Positions 28,953 through 32,000 of a stretch of 32,000 nt of DNA are shown piece by piece. The position numbers and the translations under genes were made by a program. The DNA is taken from the NCBI RefSeq assembly GCF_000007145.1, contig NC_003902.1:4763426-4795425 (forward strand), given 5' to 3'. The notes under the pieces were generated by a model that was not told where the DNA came from, ran no database searches, and was given only the letters and a program-made list of their open reading frames with translations. Positions within the stretch are counted from its first letter, which is position 1. Every line of letters starts with the position of its first letter. Source of the stretch: Xanthomonas campestris pv. campestris str. ATCC 33913. GTDB lineage: Bacteria > Pseudomonadota > Gammaproteobacteria > Xanthomonadales > Xanthomonadaceae.

Positions 28953-30770
28953 TCACGGCGCGGTGGTCGGTGCCGGCTTCTGGTCGGCCGGGCGGGCCTT
29001 GCTCTGCGCGATGAAGGCGCGCACCTGCTGTTCCAGCACCGGCAAGGTCACCGAGCCCTGGCGCAGTACCACGTCGTGGAAGGCCTTGATGTCGAAGCGC
29101 TCGCCCAGCGCCTGTTCGGCTTCGGCACGCAGTTTGACGATGGCGATCTCGCCGAGCTTGTAGCTCAGCGCCTGCGCCGGCCAGGAGATGTAGCGGTCCA
29201 CCTCGGTGGTGACTTCGTGCTCGCTCAGCGCGGTGTGGTCGCGCAGGTAGGCCAGCGCCTGGTCGCGGCTCCAGCCGTCGTGATGCACACCGGTGTCGAT
29301 CACCAGCCGGCAGGCGCGCCACATCTCATAAGTGAGCCGGCCGAACTCTTCGTACGGCGTCTCGTAGATGCCCATCTCCTGGCCGAGTTTTTCGGTGTAC
29401 AGCGCCCAGCCTTCGCCATAGGCGGAGATGTAGTTTTCGCGGCGAAAGGCCGGCTGCTCGCCCTGTTCCAGCGCTAGTGAGCCTTGCAGCGAGTGGCCGG
29501 GCGAAGATTCGTGCAGGGTGAGCGCGGGCAGGTTGTACAGCGGTCGCGACGGCAGGTTGTAGGTGTTGACCCAATAGGTGGTGGCGCCGCCGCGCCCGGC
29601 GGTCCAGAACGGGGCGATATCGTCCGGCACCGGCTTGATGGTGAAGCGCCCGCGCGGCAGCGTGCCGATGAACTTGCCCACCTGCCCGTCCACGCGTTTG
29701 GAAATCCACGCGGCGCGGTCCAGCAACTCCTGCGGAGTCTTGGCATAGAACTGCGGATCGGTGCGCAGGAAGGTCAAAAACTGCGCAAAGCTGCCCTTGA
29801 AACCAACCTGTTGGATGATTGCGTTCATTTGGGTCTGGATGCGCGCCACCTCGTCCAGGCCGATCTGGTGGATCTGGTCCGGGGTGAGATCCAGCGTGGT
29901 GTATTCGCGGATCTGCTGGCGATAAAACGCCTTGCCGTCGGGCATGGCTTCGGCGGCCAGGGTGGTGCGCGCCTTGGGCACGTAGTCGTTGCGGAAGAAA
30001 GTCAGCAACCTGGCGTACGCCGGGATCACCGCGCCGCTCACGGCCGCCTTGGCCTGCGCGCGCAGCTGCGCCTGCTCGGCGGCGGGGATCTGCGCGGGCA
30101 GCTGCTTGAACGGTGCGTAGAAGGTGGACTCGGTGGGGTCGCTCACTTGCGCCACGGTGGCGATGGAGCCATCGCGCCCGTCCAGCACCGCGCGCGGCAC
30201 GCTGAAGCCGCGGGCCAGGCCGGCGCGCATGTTGGCGACCTGCTGGTCGAAATAGCGCGGCACGTCATTGAGGCGGGCGATGTAGGCGCGGTATTCGGCG
30301 GCGGTCTTCATTGGCCGCTGCGCCATGAAGCCCAGGTTGGACCAGAACGAGCTGTCCGAATTGAACGGCATCTCGTAGGCGCGCAGGCGCACTTCGGCGG
30401 CGAGGTTTTCCACCTGCGGGCGGTAGATGGCGTAGTTGACCTGGTTGGCCGGGGAGAGCGTGGCCGGGTCGATGCCGTCCAGCTGCTTGAGCACGCCGTC
30501 CCAGACCGCCAGGCGCGCCTGCTGCGCGGCCGGGCCAACGTCGGGCAGGCGGGTGTTGTCGCCGGTGGTGTCGGTGTCTTCGTCGGCCTGGCCGGTCTCG
30601 GCCTGCCGCCATGCCCATTCTTTCTCGTAGATGGCGCGGAAGCGCGCATCGGCTGGCGCTTCGGCGCGCAGCGTGGCCGGCGCGTTGGCTGCCACCGGTG
30701 GCGCGGCATCGGCGCTGAAGGACAGGCCCAGCAGGGCGAACGAAAGTGCGGCGGCAAGGGGAGATGTCAC
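28953..30770 (-). CDS. secreted DUF885-family protein (putative metallopeptidase-like)
   Basis: About 605 aa from the GTG at 30770 (VTSPLAAALSFALLGLSFSADA|APP signal peptide). It has an HESSPGHSLQG (HExxPGH) motif and WRACRLVIDTGVHH. The start codon is uncertain; the track ATG at 30848 adds 26 non-signal residues. Confidence 0.82.
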   Translation of the reverse strand: MTSPLAAALSFALLGLSFSADAAPPVAANAPATLRAEAPADARFRAIYEKEWAWRQAETGQADEDTDTTGDNTRLPDVGPAAQQARLAVWDGVLKQLDGIDPATLSPANQVNYAIYRPQVENLAAEVRLRAYEMPFNSDSSFWSNLGFMAQRPMKTAAEYRAYIARLNDVPRYFDQQVANMRAGLARGFSVPRAVLDGRDGSIATVAQVSDPTESTFYAPFKQLPAQIPAAEQAQLRAQAKAAVSGAVIPAYARLLTFFRNDYVPKARTTLAAEAMPDGKAFYRQQIREYTTLDLTPDQIHQIGLDEVARIQTQMNAIIQQVGFKGSFAQFLTFLRTDPQFYAKTPQELLDRAAWISKRVDGQVGKFIGTLPRGRFTIKPVPDDIAPFWTAGRGGATTYWVNTYNLPSRPLYNLPALTLHESSPGHSLQGSLALEQGEQPAFRRENYISAYGEGWALYTEKLGQEMGIYETPYEEFGRLTYEMWRACRLVIDTGVHHDGWSRDQALAYLRDHTALSEHEVTTEVDRYISWPAQALSYKLGEIAIVKLRAEAEQALGERFDIKAFHDVVLRQGSVTLPVLEQQVRAFIAQSKARPADQKPAPTTAP

Positions 30771-30916
30771 GTGCGGGCAACCTGCGGTCGAATCGAACCT
30801 CCGATCATCGCAGGCACCGGGCCGGCTGCCATGGGCCGGAAGTCCCAACGCGTGCGTCAGGCTTGCGGCTGGGCTTGCTTCATCTCATGCAGCGCAGCGT
30901 GCGGGGTTACCCCAGC

Positions 30917-31555
30917 TCAGTCCTTGTGCACCACCACCAGGTGACGCTCGCCGTCCAGGCCGGGCACCTGCAACGGATGCACCTCGCCCACGCGCCAGCC
31001 GGCGGGCAATGCGGCGATTTCCTCGTGCGGGTAGACGCCCTTCATCGCCAGCAGGCTGCCGCCCGGGCGCAGCAGATGCCCGCCGACGGCGATGATGCCG
31101 GCCAGCGTATCCAGCGCGCGGGCGGTGAGATGGTCGTAGGCGGCCGGTTCGTCCACGGCTTCGGCACGCGCCTCGGCCACGCGGGCATTGCCCAACGCCA
31201 GGTGCCGCAGCGCCTCGCGCATGAAACGCGCCTTCTTGCCGTTGCTTTCCACCAGCGTCACCTGCAGCTGCGGGCGGGTGATCGCCAGCGGGATGCCGGG
31301 CAGCCCGGGGCCGGTGCCCAGATCGGCCAGCGTGCCGCTGACGATGTAGGGCTGCATGGCCAGCGAATCGAGCAGATGGCGGGTGACCATCTCGCGCGGG
31401 TCGCGCACGGCGGTGAGGTTGTAGGTCTTGTTCCAGCGCACCAGCAGCGTCAGGTAACGCAGCAGCGGCGCGGCAAAGTCCGCATCCAGGGATTGGGCCT
31501 GCAGGCCGTTGGCCAGTGCGGCAGAGACATCGGGGGGAAGCGCAGCATCGTTCAT
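30917..31555 (-). CDS. rsmG: 16S rRNA (guanine527-N7)-methyltransferase RsmG (GidB)
   Basis: 212 aa from [10 protein letters not shown]. Blocks are [56 protein letters not shown] and SLLAMKG. The upstream part of the track ORF is translated microsatellite. Confidence 0.95.
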   Translation of the reverse strand: MNDAALPPDVSAALANGLQAQSLDADFAAPLLRYLTLLVRWNKTYNLTAVRDPREMVTRHLLDSLAMQPYIVSGTLADLGTGPGLPGIPLAITRPQLQVTLVESNGKKARFMREALRHLALGNARVAEARAEAVDEPAAYDHLTARALDTLAGIIAVGGHLLRPGGSLLAMKGVYPHEEIAALPAGWRVGEVHPLQVPGLDGERHLVVVHKD

Positions 31556-31587
31556 GCCGCGATTATCGCAGCTGGCAGTGGCGCGGC

Positions 31588-31637
31588 GGGATTGGGGATT
31601 GGGGATTGGGGATTGGGAAGCGGGAAGCGGGAAGCGG
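31588..31637. repeat. heptamer microsatellite (GGGGATT)4 then (GGGAAGC)3; G-quadruplex-capable on the plus strand
   Basis: gggattggggattggggattggggattgggaagcgggaagcgggaagcgg gives eight G3-4 tracts with 3-4-nt spacers. It starts 33 nt upstream of the rsmG ATG. Confidence 0.85.
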
Positions 31638-31882
31638 CTGTAGCAGCACACGAGCACGTTGCACACCGACGCCAGCCAGCCCCTGATTCATACCGTGTCG
31701 GGTGCGACACAGCGGCGCATCCCCGGCGCGGCCTGACGCGTTCGGTGGGGGACGCGCGTCAGGCCGTCCGGATCAGCGTGATCCCGGTCACGCGACTTCC
31801 ACCAGTGCCCTCCCGCGGACACGCGGCGGTCAAACAGCCGCGCTACACCTGCAGGCAGCCGCCGCTGACTGAAGGACTGCCC

Positions 31883-32000
31883 ATGTCTGCCTCCGATCCC
31901 GCCCGCCGCCGCCTGCTGCAAGGTCTGGGTGCCGGCCTGCTGTTGCCGGCCACAGCCGGTTGGTCCACACGCACATTGGCGGCGCCCTCCGGGCGTCCGC
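31883..32000 (+). CDS. 5' end of a gene encoding a Tat-signal (twin-arginine) exported protein; runs off the window
   Basis: GAAGGA (31871-31876) precedes the ATG at 31883. The product reads MSASDPARRRLLQGLGAGLLLPATAGWSTRTLAAPSG..., an RRxLL motif followed by a hydrophobic core and an A-x-A-like site. Confidence 0.6.
   Translation, partial: MSASDPARRRLLQGLGAGLLLPATAGWSTRTLAAPSGRP

Noticed and set aside
31730-31765. 11-bp perfect-stem hairpin GGCCTGACGCG-N14-CGCGTCAGGCC upstream of the Tat-signal gene
   Set aside because: The stem is real, but there is no T-run on either strand, no second copy in the window and no recognisable riboswitch or operator context. I cannot assign a role from sequence alone.

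Overview
This is a 32-kb, roughly 65% GC chromosomal segment that looks like a Xanthomonas-type (Xanthomonadaceae) genome. The evidence is the gene content (hemF, polA, uvrD, cls, rpmB-rpmG, rsmG), GTAGGAGCGC-type REP palindromes, GGGGATT heptamer microsatellites and an sX13-type C-rich-loop sRNA. Most of the window is core housekeeping, mainly on the minus strand. Five less ordinary regions are interleaved with it. (i) A decayed T6SS tssA/impA gene is truncated exactly at a REP scar. (ii) A ~0.8-kb lower-GC islet carries a secreted-protein gene broken at an A5 run. (iii) A LysR regulator with two tandem wHTH domains sits next to a ligK-galD-ligJ lower aromatic pathway module that has no ring-cleavage dioxygenase in view. 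(iv) A five-unit ~220-bp tandem array of composite hairpin elements has copied the 3' end of ligJ; related copies lie in inverted orientation upstream of uvrD. (v) A heavy-metal efflux operon (His-rich protein, czcC, czcB, czcA, short CDF) is split between czcB and czcA by a 626-bp non-coding spacer rich in hairpins and a hexanucleotide microsatellite. I saw no CRISPR array, tRNA or rRNA gene, transposase, integrase, reverse transcriptase or recognisable defence or toxin gene. All family names come from recognising motifs by eye in the translations. No database search or folding program was run, so coordinates of RNA ends and promoters are approximate.
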